A model generated the notes under the pieces. That model had not been told where the DNA came from. It worked only from the letters and a program-made list of their open reading frames with translations, and searched no databases. A stretch of 64,000 bases of DNA, taken from positions 64,001 through 128,000 of IMG/VR virus record IMGVR_UViG_3300037333_000013. One strand, written 5' to 3'. Source of the stretch: a virus. Positions 31,285 through 40,877 of the stretch are shown here, in pieces (the first letter of the stretch is position 1; every line of letters starts with the position of its first letter). The translations under genes were made by a program, and so were the position numbers.

Positions 31285-31542
31285 ATGGATATATTTTCTC
31301 TCACAATACTGACAGTAATGATTATATCAACATCATTATATGCCATCGATAATATTAAAAATAGTTTAGCTATCTTTTGCATTATTACCACAATGATTAT
31401 CGTTAGTTATATCGATGGTGAAGCGTGTAAGATAACATCTTATATTAATTATAGAGATAAGTCGTATAAAGATTACAGTAAAGATAAAGAGTACTTAAAG
31501 TGGTTAGTAGATAACCCAAAGGAGAACGTTAATGGCGAGTAA
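31285..31542 (+). CDS. Small membrane protein with two hydrophobic segments
   Basis: SD AAAGGGA; plus-strand TATATATTAT at 31254-31263. Confidence 0.55.
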   Translation: MDIFSLTILTVMIISTSLYAIDNIKNSLAIFCIITTMIIVSYIDGEACKITSYINYRDKSYKDYSKDKEYLKWLVDNPKENVNGE

Positions 31543-31615
31543 TAATGTTGACCTAGGATAACATATATTTAGTATGTATAAATGGATACTTTTTGGATTA
31601 AAAAAAAAGACACGA

Positions 31616-31645
31616 ATACTAGCTACGTGTGTACGTAGCTAGTAT
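31616..31645. terminator. Bidirectional terminator
   Basis: atactagctacgt-gtgt-acgtagctagtat. Confidence 0.75.
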
Positions 31646-31648
31646 ATA

Positions 31649-31870
31649 TTATAATCGTATGTGCTGATAACAACTAAGATACCGTATGTGTCTTCGCCTA
31701 AAGTTTACTTCGTTATGCTTAGTTTCGTCTTTGACGTTCATTGAGTATATCACGTTTAGATATACCCATAAATACCTAATAAGTATTGGAACTCGTAGAA
31801 TAAACACCTTTATCTTATCAATCATTCTTTCCAAAGCATCAAAAATCACAACTGGCACCATCGTATCCAA
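31649..31870 (-). CDS. Small hypothetical protein
   Basis: 73 aa, ends at the terminator. Confidence 0.45.
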   Translation of the reverse strand: MDTMVPVVIFDALERMIDKIKVFILRVPILIRYLWVYLNVIYSMNVKDETKHNEVNFRRRHIRYLSCYQHIRL

Positions 31871-32564
31871 TGTTGTTTAAGTACATGTGTCTATTCTTGT
31901 CATTATCTAAGATACCTATGACTTGTAGGTTCTCTTGTCTGATTGGACAAGCACTACAATGAGAGTTTGATATGTAATACTCTACTCTATCCTCGTATTC
32001 GATATCTGCTATTTCAGCGATACTGTTATCGATATCTAATAATAGACTATTCTCATATATCACATTTCCAGATTTATCTTTAAATCCAGTATCTCTCCCT
32101 AGTTGGAGTTTTGTATGTTGGCATACACCATCTTTTACGATTGGGTCCAAGAATGTCTGTCCACTCCAAGGTTGCATATAGTCCATCTCTTCATCTCTAC
32201 GTTCTTTCTTATTCATGCCATTTCCTTTAAATGTTAAGTTTTCTATAATTGAGTCATCTCTTTCAAATGTTACGTTTTCACAACATACCAAGAATGATAG
32301 TGCTTTCTTAATAGCATCATCAATCGTATCGTCTGTTATCTCGTAATGTAAGTAATCATACATCCATTTAGAGGTATCTAACAGACCATCTAAGTCGAGT
32401 TCTCCTGTTAAAGATATCTTTGATAAGCAGTAGTCTATGACTGCTTTATCTTTGCTATCATCCTCAACATTCTCTCTATTCCGAATCTCTGCATAACCAC
32501 CGTCCTCTGTAATGACGCTGATATCACCTGACCACGAACCATCGCTGATTATTGCATACTTCAT
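31839..32564 (-). CDS. Protein with C-terminal YopX-like domain
   Basis: DTGFKDKSGNVIYE...LQVIG. Confidence 0.6.
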   Translation of the reverse strand: MKYAIISDGSWSGDISVITEDGGYAEIRNRENVEDDSKDKAVIDYCLSKISLTGELDLDGLLDTSKWMYDYLHYEITDDTIDDAIKKALSFLVCCENVTFERDDSIIENLTFKGNGMNKKERRDEEMDYMQPWSGQTFLDPIVKDGVCQHTKLQLGRDTGFKDKSGNVIYENSLLLDIDNSIAEIADIEYEDRVEYYISNSHCSACPIRQENLQVIGILDNDKNRHMYLNNIGYDGASCDF

Positions 32565-33172
32565 TTTTGCTCCTTTACTTTTAGTAGTTCTATATTATCG
32601 TGAATGTGGTCGAACCTGACGTGCTCTTTAAAATCGTGTATTACATCGTAGTTGTCAATGATGTGTTCATTAAGTTCGTCACCTCCCGTACATCCACCGT
32701 ATCCCTCGCCTATATGTAGTAGATATTTAGGCATCCTGTGTGATTTGATATGACTCATTATCTTACTGTCACCCATATACGGGACCCAACATAACACCAA
32801 CATATCTTTGTTAAACTCATCATTTGGTACGTCCATAATATCTTTGTACTCTAGTATTCCGTCCTCTAAACATTGTATAGTGAATTCGTTTTTATTTGTG
32901 AACCCATTTGCATCGAAATCCCCTGGGTCAAGTGTATAACCCTTTCCAGAGACACCGATGTCATTGAGTATTCTTGTTAGTTTGCCTGTACCAGCATATG
33001 CCTCAATGTATGACTTTATGTCATACTTTTCGAATACGTCTTTCATCTCACCAATCAAATCATCGTGCCATAAGACATATCCGTTTTCCTCGATGTACGT
33101 CCATCGACTAGAAGTAACTCCGTCACTATAGTATATGTTTCTCTTTAGTTCCATTGCTTTCTCTTTTGTCAT
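32561..33172 (-). CDS. Class I SAM-dependent methyltransferase-like protein
   Basis: EAYAGTG motif I, LVLCWVPY, HIGEGYGGCTG. Confidence 0.6.
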   Translation of the reverse strand: MTKEKAMELKRNIYYSDGVTSSRWTYIEENGYVLWHDDLIGEMKDVFEKYDIKSYIEAYAGTGKLTRILNDIGVSGKGYTLDPGDFDANGFTNKNEFTIQCLEDGILEYKDIMDVPNDEFNKDMLVLCWVPYMGDSKIMSHIKSHRMPKYLLHIGEGYGGCTGGDELNEHIIDNYDVIHDFKEHVRFDHIHDNIELLKVKEQK

Positions 33173-33234
33173 TGTTTGTTTCCTTTATTATTTATTAGTT
33201 TAGATTACGTTGTAATCACAGCATTTATACGCGG

Positions 33235-33245
33235 TAATAATATAT
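33235..33245 (-). promoter_or_regulatory. Early promoter motif
   Basis: ATATATTATTACCGC followed by a GCTGTG leader and hairpin gattac-gtt-gtaatc. Confidence 0.6.
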
Positions 33246-33260
33246 TGGTAAAAAGAAGCA

Positions 33261-33292
33261 ATATACTACACAGGACATCCCGTGTAGTATAT
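33261..33292 (-). terminator. Intrinsic terminator
   Basis: atatactacac...gtgtagtatat. Confidence 0.65.
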
Positions 33293-33296
33293 AATG

Positions 33297-33722
33297 CTAT
33301 TGTTCGTATCTGAAGATGTCTCTAATGATTTCCATTCTATCAGGCGTAATAGACTCCAATGACAGCTCAATATCAGATGCACGCTCAAGAAGCTCAAACG
33401 CTTCATCTACTTTATTGTCGTAGATACGTTGCTCAATCCAAGCACGACAGTCGTTTAACATATCCTCTGCCAGTGCAATCTTATCGTTCGTACTTTCATG
33501 CTTCTCGATAATTGCTTTACACTTCTCTTCGTCGAACTTGCCTGCCTTTGCATGCCCATATAATCTCTCGTATAATTTGAGTTGCGAATTAGATGCTTTT
33601 GAGTCATTCATATATGGTTTATCGATACTGATTTTCTCGAGTCCGTTATATGCTGCAATAAGCAACTCTTCTAGCTTGATAAATGCTAATCTCTGTTTTG
33701 TTGTTAGTGGTAATATCTTCAC
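33297..33722 (-). CDS. Hypothetical protein, possibly tail-fibre associated
   Basis: 141 aa coupled to the cupin gene. Confidence 0.5.
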   Translation of the reverse strand: MKILPLTTKQRLAFIKLEELLIAAYNGLEKISIDKPYMNDSKASNSQLKLYERLYGHAKAGKFDEEKCKAIIEKHESTNDKIALAEDMLNDCRAWIEQRIYDNKVDEAFELLERASDIELSLESITPDRMEIIRDIFRYEQ

Positions 33723-34162
33723 TTTAACTCCTCATCTTGTAACCCGTTCTCTTTTTCAAATGCTTTCACTTCCTCAATCCAATCCTCGTCTTTTGCATAG
33801 TCCGTCTCTTTTACTGTACCATCTTCATTCATTATAGCTTGTATACAGTACCCGATTGAGTTATCTTCTAACGCAATGATATCGTGAAAATGTTCTTTGG
33901 GGACTTTAATCACTGCTGGTGCACTATACTCTTTCTTAAAGATAATTTTATCTCTAAGTTTGTTGTCATAGACACGTACCTCAACTCTACCACTTGTTAC
34001 AAAATGTAAGTGGTCGAACTTATGTTTATGTCCCGGTTTATAGTCGCCAGCCTTCTTAAACTTCACTTGTCTCGTCCATATGTTTCCATATGTTTTAATC
34101 TTTGCCTCACAAAGAGGTCTTCTGACCTCTAATCCATCTTTCGCTGTGTTTTTCTTACTCAT
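33719..34162 (-). CDS. Cupin-domain protein
   Basis: HKHKFDHLHFVTSG...VPKEHFHDIIALED. Confidence 0.75.
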   Translation of the reverse strand: MSKKNTAKDGLEVRRPLCEAKIKTYGNIWTRQVKFKKAGDYKPGHKHKFDHLHFVTSGRVEVRVYDNKLRDKIIFKKEYSAPAVIKVPKEHFHDIIALEDNSIGYCIQAIMNEDGTVKETDYAKDEDWIEEVKAFEKENGLQDEELK

Positions 34163-35100
34163 TAACTATCCACCTCCACGATAATACCATCTTCCGACGT
34201 CCACAATGCACCATCGTCAGATGTAAGCTTGTCAATCTCGTCTGCGGTTGGTGATACAAGATTGTTAGTGGAATAAAACATATTAGATTTATCCGACGCA
34301 TTTCTCGTATCGATTGTCCCTACAATATGTGACGCTTCTGCATAGCTAAACATAGACGATAAGTCATCAGCATTATCCCAATTCAACCCACTAATATCAA
34401 GTACATCAGCAGTAGTGTGTGAGAATGTTGAGTCATATCTCGTACAAGTACCAGATGTATTTACAGAGCTAAAATCACTATGACCACTGTATCTGAACGT
34501 TAAGTAGAGTGAGTCAGCACTGCTGAAGTCAACGTTCTCTAATCCTATGATTTCGCCAACTTTTCCAGTGAATGCTTCAGCATATGAATTTAACTTAATA
34601 GCACAGTTAATAATTAACTTATCAACACCACCATCTGGGACAAAGTCTTTCAATGTAGTTATTCCATTTAAAGAGACAATCTCAATAGCATACGCATCAT
34701 TTACAGGATTATAATAATCCTCTGAAATTGTATCGCTTAAGTTGATAGTCGTACTCTCAATAATTTGTTCGGGTGTCTTGTAGTAGTTATAGACACTAGC
34801 ATCAATTGGAGATACTTCAAAGTTCGCATCCACTATATCATAATATAGATTTGATAAATCATCACCATTTGTGAAGTATCTAATTAATACAGGTGCATAT
34901 CCATCAAATACCATCGAACCATCTCCACCTAATTCAGTCCACAAACCACTCTCTTGGTCCTTGATTAATAGTTTATTTAAGTCACTCACAAAGACAAAGT
35001 TCTCTGGTATTTGCCTAGTAAATAACCCCTTATAATCGACTGTCGGTATACCAGAAGTTCTTGAGAAACTTCTACCAAAACCAGCACTTACTATTTTCAT
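34162..35100 (-). CDS. DUF285/BspA-like repeat protein, probable adhesin or tail fibre
   Basis: Repeats ENVDFSSADSLYLTF, SGLNWDNADDLSSMF, IDTRNASDKSNMF. Confidence 0.55.
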   Translation of the reverse strand: MKIVSAGFGRSFSRTSGIPTVDYKGLFTRQIPENFVFVSDLNKLLIKDQESGLWTELGGDGSMVFDGYAPVLIRYFTNGDDLSNLYYDIVDANFEVSPIDASVYNYYKTPEQIIESTTINLSDTISEDYYNPVNDAYAIEIVSLNGITTLKDFVPDGGVDKLIINCAIKLNSYAEAFTGKVGEIIGLENVDFSSADSLYLTFRYSGHSDFSSVNTSGTCTRYDSTFSHTTADVLDISGLNWDNADDLSSMFSYAEASHIVGTIDTRNASDKSNMFYSTNNLVSPTADEIDKLTSDDGALWTSEDGIIVEVDS

Positions 35101-35108
35101 TTGTACTC

Positions 35109-35360
35109 CTAAAATGTCTTATTTGTAGCTGTGATAGTGACACCGTCTCTTCCACGAAAGTATATATCTCTAGGAACAGAGAACTCGATGATTTGGTTAT
35201 CACCAATCCTAAATCCCAAATTGTCCTTTGTGATAGGTTCATCACTCCAACGTACCTCTTCACCGGTATCATTAGAGAACATCATAATGCCTTCTAACTT
35301 AAGCTCTTCGTACTTACCAATAGAAACAGTTTGACTTTTTTCAACACTTACAGTTTTCAT
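35109..35360 (-). CDS. Small beta-rich hypothetical protein
   Basis: 83 aa, SD AAAAGGA. Confidence 0.55.
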   Translation of the reverse strand: MKTVSVEKSQTVSIGKYEELKLEGIMMFSNDTGEEVRWSDEPITKDNLGFRIGDNQIIEFSVPRDIYFRGRDGVTITATNKTF

Positions 35361-35422
35361 TTATATCCTTTTCTTTGTAGTCATTTAAGACTATCTTAAC
35401 TGAAACACTAAAAGGAGAAATA

Positions 35423-35806
35423 ATGGCATTACATTACAGCAAAGACTTTTCACAATACACAAACAAAGGTGTCGTATTTGTGATAGAAGGCTCTTTAAAT
35501 AAGACGTCTGAAATCAGACCACGTTGGTTAGGTGCAAACGACACACTTATTGAGATACCAACCATTAACTTACGAAATAAGAACTCTAGAGAGATAAAAA
35601 ACACACAGACTACACGATTAGAACTATACAAAGTATTATCAAGACTAACTGAGCTATTTGACAATGGTGAGACAATTGTTATACCGTTCAAACGTATTGG
35701 TAAACATCTATGTGATTTAGAATCAATAGACATTGAACTCTATGATATGATACGAAATACACTCGTTGATATAGCACCAAATTATGAAGAAGTGACATAT
35801 GATTAG
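35423..35806 (+). CDS. Hypothetical protein
   Basis: 127 aa, SD AAAAGGAG. Confidence 0.6.
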   Translation: MALHYSKDFSQYTNKGVVFVIEGSLNKTSEIRPRWLGANDTLIEIPTINLRNKNSREIKNTQTTRLELYKVLSRLTELFDNGETIVIPFKRIGKHLCDLESIDIELYDMIRNTLVDIAPNYEEVTYD

Positions 35807-36119
35807 AAAAGAATTCTATCTGTTCGTTTATAAAACGATAGCTCTATATGTTGTACTTCTGGCTTTTAGGCTCTGCCTGTTGCTTTGTGTCATATACTCT
35901 ACATATACATCACAAGAGTTTAACAATGACTTATACTTAACATTTGGTTCAATTATGGTGGCGATGATAATGGTAAAGTCCATTGTTGACTCATACATCT
36001 ATGATGAGATATTGTGGGTATTGCATAAGTCTGGGATACACTATACAAGAGTGGAGTGCTTTAAAGCAGAACAAGTAAGAATATTACTATATAAGATGGT
36101 AAGGAAGATAACTATTTAA
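35799..36119 (+). CDS. Small membrane protein
   Basis: Two hydrophobic segments; coupled to the upstream gene. Confidence 0.55.
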   Translation: MIRKEFYLFVYKTIALYVVLLAFRLCLLLCVIYSTYTSQEFNNDLYLTFGSIMVAMIMVKSIVDSYIYDEILWVLHKSGIHYTRVECFKAEQVRILLYKMVRKITI

Positions 36120-36137
36120 AAGAAAAAAGAAAGTTTG

Positions 36138-36166
36138 TACTATTGTAGGCAATGCCTACAATAGTA
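36138..36166. terminator. Bidirectional terminator downstream of chmA
   Basis: tactattgtaggc-aat-gcctacaatagta. Confidence 0.75.
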
Positions 36167-36171
36167 TTGTT

Positions 36172-37983
36172 TTACATCATATATGCATATGGGTTTTCAC
36201 CATTGCTGCCTTTTGGTTGGTATGAGTTGTATCCATTACCGAATGTGATATCTGATGGGTTTACTGCATGTCTTAGTAACTGACTGTTATCCGCGAATCT
36301 GATTTCACGTTGAATGTGTGCTTGTTCAGGAACGTGCAAGTTTATACCACTATCAGTCACGAACATCTTTAATTTATTTACAAACTCGGCACTGATGAAT
36401 ACACGAGTACGTACGGATGAAATCTCGATTTCTGCATCCGTTGTTGCGTCGAGCTCTTTATAGATATCAACGACCTCGTCGAACGGTGTTTCCATCACAG
36501 TTAGTCCTGTACCAACTTTGCCTGAGAGTGCGTTTGAGTAACGTCTGATAAGGTCCTCATCACTTGTCATCTCCGCAAAACGTAATTCGTCAAACATTGT
36601 AGTTGGGACTCTTTGACCTTTCCTGTTCTTGTACGTACCTGATGGAAGCTCAATCGTTGGTCGTGCAAATATTTCTTTTCTGCTGATTTTTCCAACGGAC
36701 TTACCACCAGTAAACGCTGATACAGCACGCATGATATCATCGAGTGCATTTTCATCTCCTTGTGCAGCAAGAACGAATGTAGATAGTACACCTGCACCAA
36801 AACCAAACTTCTCGCTATCTAATACCAAGAGAGCTTTGTCATAATATGCCTTGTTGATATCGGCAATACGCTTATCGATGGTATTTTGAACACCTTTCTT
36901 CTGCGGTTTCTTGCCTTGACTAATATCATTATCCATATCAAGTAGTTGATTTAGGGCACCTGGGTTTCTACCAACTTTAATATTCTGTGCAAGGATTTCT
37001 TTCCATCGTTTGGCTACTTCCAACATACCAATTAGAAGTGACAAGACAGTAGATATTGTAGGTAAGTTCGTTTCACTTACATCAAAGTTTATTGTAGGAA
37101 TCAGCTTCGTTTTCTTAATAGTTTGCGTAACCATACCATACTGCCCATTTGGAACTGGTATGTCCATTTTCGATTCAGATGCTAATGAGCCAATATAACC
37201 ATATGCAGTACCAATATGTACTTGACCGTTTGTTCTGTTAAGCTTCTCTTTTGTGTTACTTTTAGCAATGGATTTTACAGTCCATTCTGAGAAGTGCGTT
37301 TCTCCAAGAACATCTATTGTACAGTCTCCTGTAACGACACCAATATCGTAATGGACATTCTTTAGTTTGTCCAGGGTGTTTCTAAAAATCTTGTCTAATG
37401 GGTAGTTGAAACCTTTAGATGTAGTTGATGCTAATGTTTCGTTTGCAATGACAACTGCCTGACTTACAAGTAAGTCTATGTTATTGATGTCAATATGTCT
37501 GATAACGTATCCTTTACCACTAACAATATCGTCATCATCTATTGCTAACTCCTTTCCGATATGAGACTTAGCAATGTCTAATAATGTCTTATCAAGCCCA
37601 AACGATGGCAACTTTACAAATTCTTTAACACGCATCTCGTCAGCATACTGTGATGGTGATACACCTGTCTGACCAGTCATGCTATATAATATGATAGATA
37701 CACCAACTCTCTTCTCACTACCTTCCTGCATAGGAACATAAACAGCACTAAATGTGTAGTTAGTGTTGTATTTGTCAGATGCAAACGTATGCATCTTGAA
37801 GTTAGCCAATGTTTCGTGTCCCTTGAAAGCTGTTGTTAACAACTCTTCGAATTCATTAATCTCCTGAGGAACACTAGATGTTGGAGTTGCAAACATATCT
37901 GTAATGTCCTTATATTCTCTCCTTGTCATCTCGCTGTCAAATTCCTCTTCGTGCTGTTGTTTGATTTTTACGTCTACTGCCAT
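36172..37983 (-). CDS. chmA: Chimallin, phage nuclear shell protein
   Basis: ~603 aa; segments IDVLGETHFSEW, RNPGALN, LVLDSEKFG...AAQG...IMRAVSAFTGG, LPSGTY and RVFISAEFVNKL...SGI match recalled 201phi2-1 ChmA motifs in order; strong SD before ATG 37983. Confidence 0.85.
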   Translation of the reverse strand: MAVDVKIKQQHEEEFDSEMTRREYKDITDMFATPTSSVPQEINEFEELLTTAFKGHETLANFKMHTFASDKYNTNYTFSAVYVPMQEGSEKRVGVSIILYSMTGQTGVSPSQYADEMRVKEFVKLPSFGLDKTLLDIAKSHIGKELAIDDDDIVSGKGYVIRHIDINNIDLLVSQAVVIANETLASTTSKGFNYPLDKIFRNTLDKLKNVHYDIGVVTGDCTIDVLGETHFSEWTVKSIAKSNTKEKLNRTNGQVHIGTAYGYIGSLASESKMDIPVPNGQYGMVTQTIKKTKLIPTINFDVSETNLPTISTVLSLLIGMLEVAKRWKEILAQNIKVGRNPGALNQLLDMDNDISQGKKPQKKGVQNTIDKRIADINKAYYDKALLVLDSEKFGFGAGVLSTFVLAAQGDENALDDIMRAVSAFTGGKSVGKISRKEIFARPTIELPSGTYKNRKGQRVPTTMFDELRFAEMTSDEDLIRRYSNALSGKVGTGLTVMETPFDEVVDIYKELDATTDAEIEISSVRTRVFISAEFVNKLKMFVTDSGINLHVPEQAHIQREIRFADNSQLLRHAVNPSDITFGNGYNSYQPKGSNGENPYAYMM

Positions 37984-38128
37984 TTGTTTCTCCTTAGATT
38001 TATGTGTCTCCACTTATTTGTGTATAGCGTGCCATACATCATATCAATAATATCCTGATGAAAAAATACCATATTACGATGCACTTCATTATGCGTGGTT
38101 TTACCCACAACATAACTACTTCATATAA

Positions 38129-38521
38129 CTATACAGTTAGCGAAGCTTTATAACCCATTCGTTTTACATAGTCAACAACGAACTTAGCTTCGTCTACTGA
38201 AATATCTTCTATATTAATGGTAGCGTTCTTCAGCAAGTCATCAAGAACGATGCTATCGTACACCACCCAATCCAAACAGAATACGTTCGTCTCGTCCAAA
38301 TAGTCAAATGAGAAGAACCGTTTATCTTTTAAGTCAATGGGGTCTTCATTAATGTATTGATATAACTCTGCATTTGTTGTGTGTAAGTTTGGGTCGAGTT
38401 TAATAGCAGTCCGGTATGTCATATCAGCAATATCAATAACCACACCTTTATATTCAGAACCAATAGGTCCACCTAATGTTTTAAAACTCGCAGTCTTTCC
38501 AGAAACAAAGTTTGTCATCAT
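38129..38521 (-). CDS. Conserved phiKZ-like hypothetical protein (SH3-like N-terminus)
   Basis: 130 aa; last gene of the operon upstream of chmA. Confidence 0.5.
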   Translation of the reverse strand: MMTNFVSGKTASFKTLGGPIGSEYKGVVIDIADMTYRTAIKLDPNLHTTNAELYQYINEDPIDLKDKRFFSFDYLDETNVFCLDWVVYDSIVLDDLLKNATINIEDISVDEAKFVVDYVKRMGYKASLTV

Positions 38522-38809
38522 TTATCCTTTTCTTATTAGTATTAGTTTATCGCCAACTAAGTCGTATGGTGATAAGTTTGTTATGTCTATATCATAATCT
38601 GTCAATGTGGTGTTTAAGCCATCAATAACAGGGAGTATAGAATCAATCACATCACTATTCGAATATCTACACTGCGATACAATGAAATCAAGTGTCTCAT
38701 ATGTATAGGTATAGTCTATCAACTTTGTGATTAAACAAAGTATCTCGCTCTTTGACAAAACCTTAGCCAATGGAATCAAGTATCGTGAATCTAAGTCAAC
38801 AACTACCAT
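38522..38809 (-). CDS. Small acidic protein (array member)
   Basis: 95 aa, ends GDKLILIRKG. Confidence 0.55.
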   Translation of the reverse strand: MVVVDLDSRYLIPLAKVLSKSEILCLITKLIDYTYTYETLDFIVSQCRYSNSDVIDSILPVIDGLNTTLTDYDIDITNLSPYDLVGDKLILIRKG

Positions 38810-39183
38810 ACCGATAACTCCATCATTTCTCCATGTACCTTTTTTATAAGTGTGTCCTTACCCATTAAGTTAAGTCTACGCAGTTCTTCGAGAAGTTCAA
38901 TGCCGGACATTATAAGTATGTCTTCATATCCAACTATTGTAGATGCAAGTAAGTTAATACTCTCTTCGATAGTATAATTAGATAGTGTCTCATATACATC
39001 CAGCATCAATCCTCTATCCAACTTATTCTGCAATAATTCATTCTTAGAAAGCAACAACGTATTCAAGATGTTTACAATCAAAGCATCAACATCAATATTA
39101 ATAGTCGTGTTATTAATCATATCTTTTACAATAATAATACTATCTGGAACACGTGCCACAATTGTTTTACTTAGTTCTTCCAT
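38803..39183 (-). CDS. Small acidic protein (array member)
   Basis: 126 aa, ends HGEMMELSVW. Confidence 0.55.
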   Translation of the reverse strand: MEELSKTIVARVPDSIIIVKDMINNTTINIDVDALIVNILNTLLLSKNELLQNKLDRGLMLDVYETLSNYTIEESINLLASTIVGYEDILIMSGIELLEELRRLNLMGKDTLIKKVHGEMMELSVW

Positions 39184-39536
39184 ATTAACAACTCTCCATT
39201 TCCTAGATACTTTGTCATAATGACACTATCTATATCTTTTAGCAATACTCTGTATATAATGGTATGAATATTGTTGACAATATTCATAAAGACTTCTATG
39301 TACTCCTCTACATAACCCTCTACAACATCATATGTGTCGTCAGTATCTGGTATATCTACTTCTGATATAGCTTCGAATATTGGTCCGAAAATATCCTCTA
39401 TATCTTCGTCTCCATTAATTTCACCAGCTACATTCCGAGAGATAATGTCAGTAATGCTATCAATGACATTTCCCATTGTTCTAGTACCTAGTACCTCTTC
39501 TATAATACATAGTAATGAGTCAGTTACCTTTATCAT
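39171..39536 (-). CDS. Small acidic protein (array member)
   Basis: 121 aa, ends NGELLIWKN. Confidence 0.55.
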   Translation of the reverse strand: MIKVTDSLLCIIEEVLGTRTMGNVIDSITDIISRNVAGEINGDEDIEDIFGPIFEAISEVDIPDTDDTYDVVEGYVEEYIEVFMNIVNNIHTIIYRVLLKDIDSVIMTKYLGNGELLIWKN

Positions 39537-39883
39537 AACTCAACCACCACAACTTCTGACTTCGTTACACATGATAGTTCCATATCTTTACCTTTAAAAT
39601 TATCAAATATAAATGAATACCATTCATCATAGACATCATCGATAAGTGAACTGATAGTGTCATCTAGTTCCTCACGAATGTTGATATGATACAATATCAT
39701 CGTTCCGTTGTATGATGCTATATCTGATATACACTCATCTATTTCATCATTTGTGAGATTTGTGTTAGTGTATGATAACATTGCATCGACAAGTGATGTA
39801 ATAGTCGCAATGCCAATATCTTTATCTAAAGACATAAGTGATACTGAGTATTGCATTAAGTCAATGCGGTGTACTTTACTCAT
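39533..39883 (-). CDS. Small acidic protein (array member)
   Basis: Start reassigned to MSKVHRIDL; ends KSEVVVVEL. Confidence 0.55.
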   Translation of the reverse strand: MSKVHRIDLMQYSVSLMSLDKDIGIATITSLVDAMLSYTNTNLTNDEIDECISDIASYNGTMILYHINIREELDDTISSLIDDVYDEWYSFIFDNFKGKDMELSCVTKSEVVVVEL

Positions 39884-40220
39884 CTTTAAAGACCAGATAT
39901 CCAGACACCATGTCAACTGTGAATTTTGACGGTATATTAATGCGTTTAAATAGCTCATTGCTAATATCTGAGATGAGTGACACTGACTTTTTTCTATCTT
40001 CTAACACATCATCTATCAAGTCACATAGTGAACCGAAGACGTCGCATTCAATCGTTCCGTGCATAACAAACTCATCTCTACATGAAATCACATTCTCGTA
40101 CACTCCACAAATAAACGCTCTCCTACTACCGCCAACAGCTGTCTTCTTCTTTAACTTGGCTTTATCATAAAGCTCAGTTAGCTCAGTTATACCAAGTAAC
40201 CCATCCATATAGATAGTCAT
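39876..40220 (-). CDS. Small protein (array member)
   Basis: 114 aa, SD AAGGAGG, ends SGYLVFKDE. Confidence 0.55.
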   Translation of the reverse strand: MTIYMDGLLGITELTELYDKAKLKKKTAVGGSRRAFICGVYENVISCRDEFVMHGTIECDVFGSLCDLIDDVLEDRKKSVSLISDISNELFKRINIPSKFTVDMVSGYLVFKDE

Positions 40221-40221
40221 A

Positions 40222-40569
40222 CTACCTCCTTATACATATTGTTGCATATATTGTGTCACCAATATCTTCGAATTTTAAAACAAACAAACATTTTAAGTCG
40301 TCTGGTACCTTGTAGATAGGAAATAGTTCACCAAACGTAGACTCAAGCGATGTCATTACATTATCATACAATGCACTCGCTTCTTGATAGCAGAGTTCTG
40401 ACACACTTGGAAGGAAAGACATAATCTCTCTCATACTATCAACGACATTAAATGCTTGTAATATCACAGCGTGCTTTGGTTCGATAGAATGGACTTCAAC
40501 CATCACCACACCATCACACTCTACATAGTCAAAATCATACATAGCATATAGTTCATTTACTATTTTCAT
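40222..40569 (-). CDS. Small acidic protein (array member)
   Basis: 115 aa, ends GDTIYATICIRR. Confidence 0.55.
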   Translation of the reverse strand: MKIVNELYAMYDFDYVECDGVVMVEVHSIEPKHAVILQAFNVVDSMREIMSFLPSVSELCYQEASALYDNVMTSLESTFGELFPIYKVPDDLKCLFVLKFEDIGDTIYATICIRR

Positions 40570-40877
40570 AATAGAACATGAATCACTACCGTCACTTCGT
40601 GTTCACCACTCTTCACGAACTCTTTGATAAAACAGCAGTGTCGTGTAGAAACATTAGGGGTCGGTAACATAGGTTTACTAATGAGTAACTTAAATGTCTT
40701 CTCTAAATGCATAGTAATATCATTATAAGTACTTACATACTCATCCATATCTGTAATATCACTATCGAACAATAACGAGTTTATCTCGTGTTCGTTTAAG
40801 TTGTTGTTTACGATGTTTAATCCATCGCACGCTAAATCTGTATCTACCTTAATGAGTAATGTACCACAAAGAGTCAT
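40566..40877 (-). CDS. Small protein (array member)
   Basis: 103 aa, SD AAGGAG, ends GEHEVTVVIHVLL. Confidence 0.55.
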   Translation of the reverse strand: MTLCGTLLIKVDTDLACDGLNIVNNNLNEHEINSLLFDSDITDMDEYVSTYNDITMHLEKTFKLLISKPMLPTPNVSTRHCCFIKEFVKSGEHEVTVVIHVLL

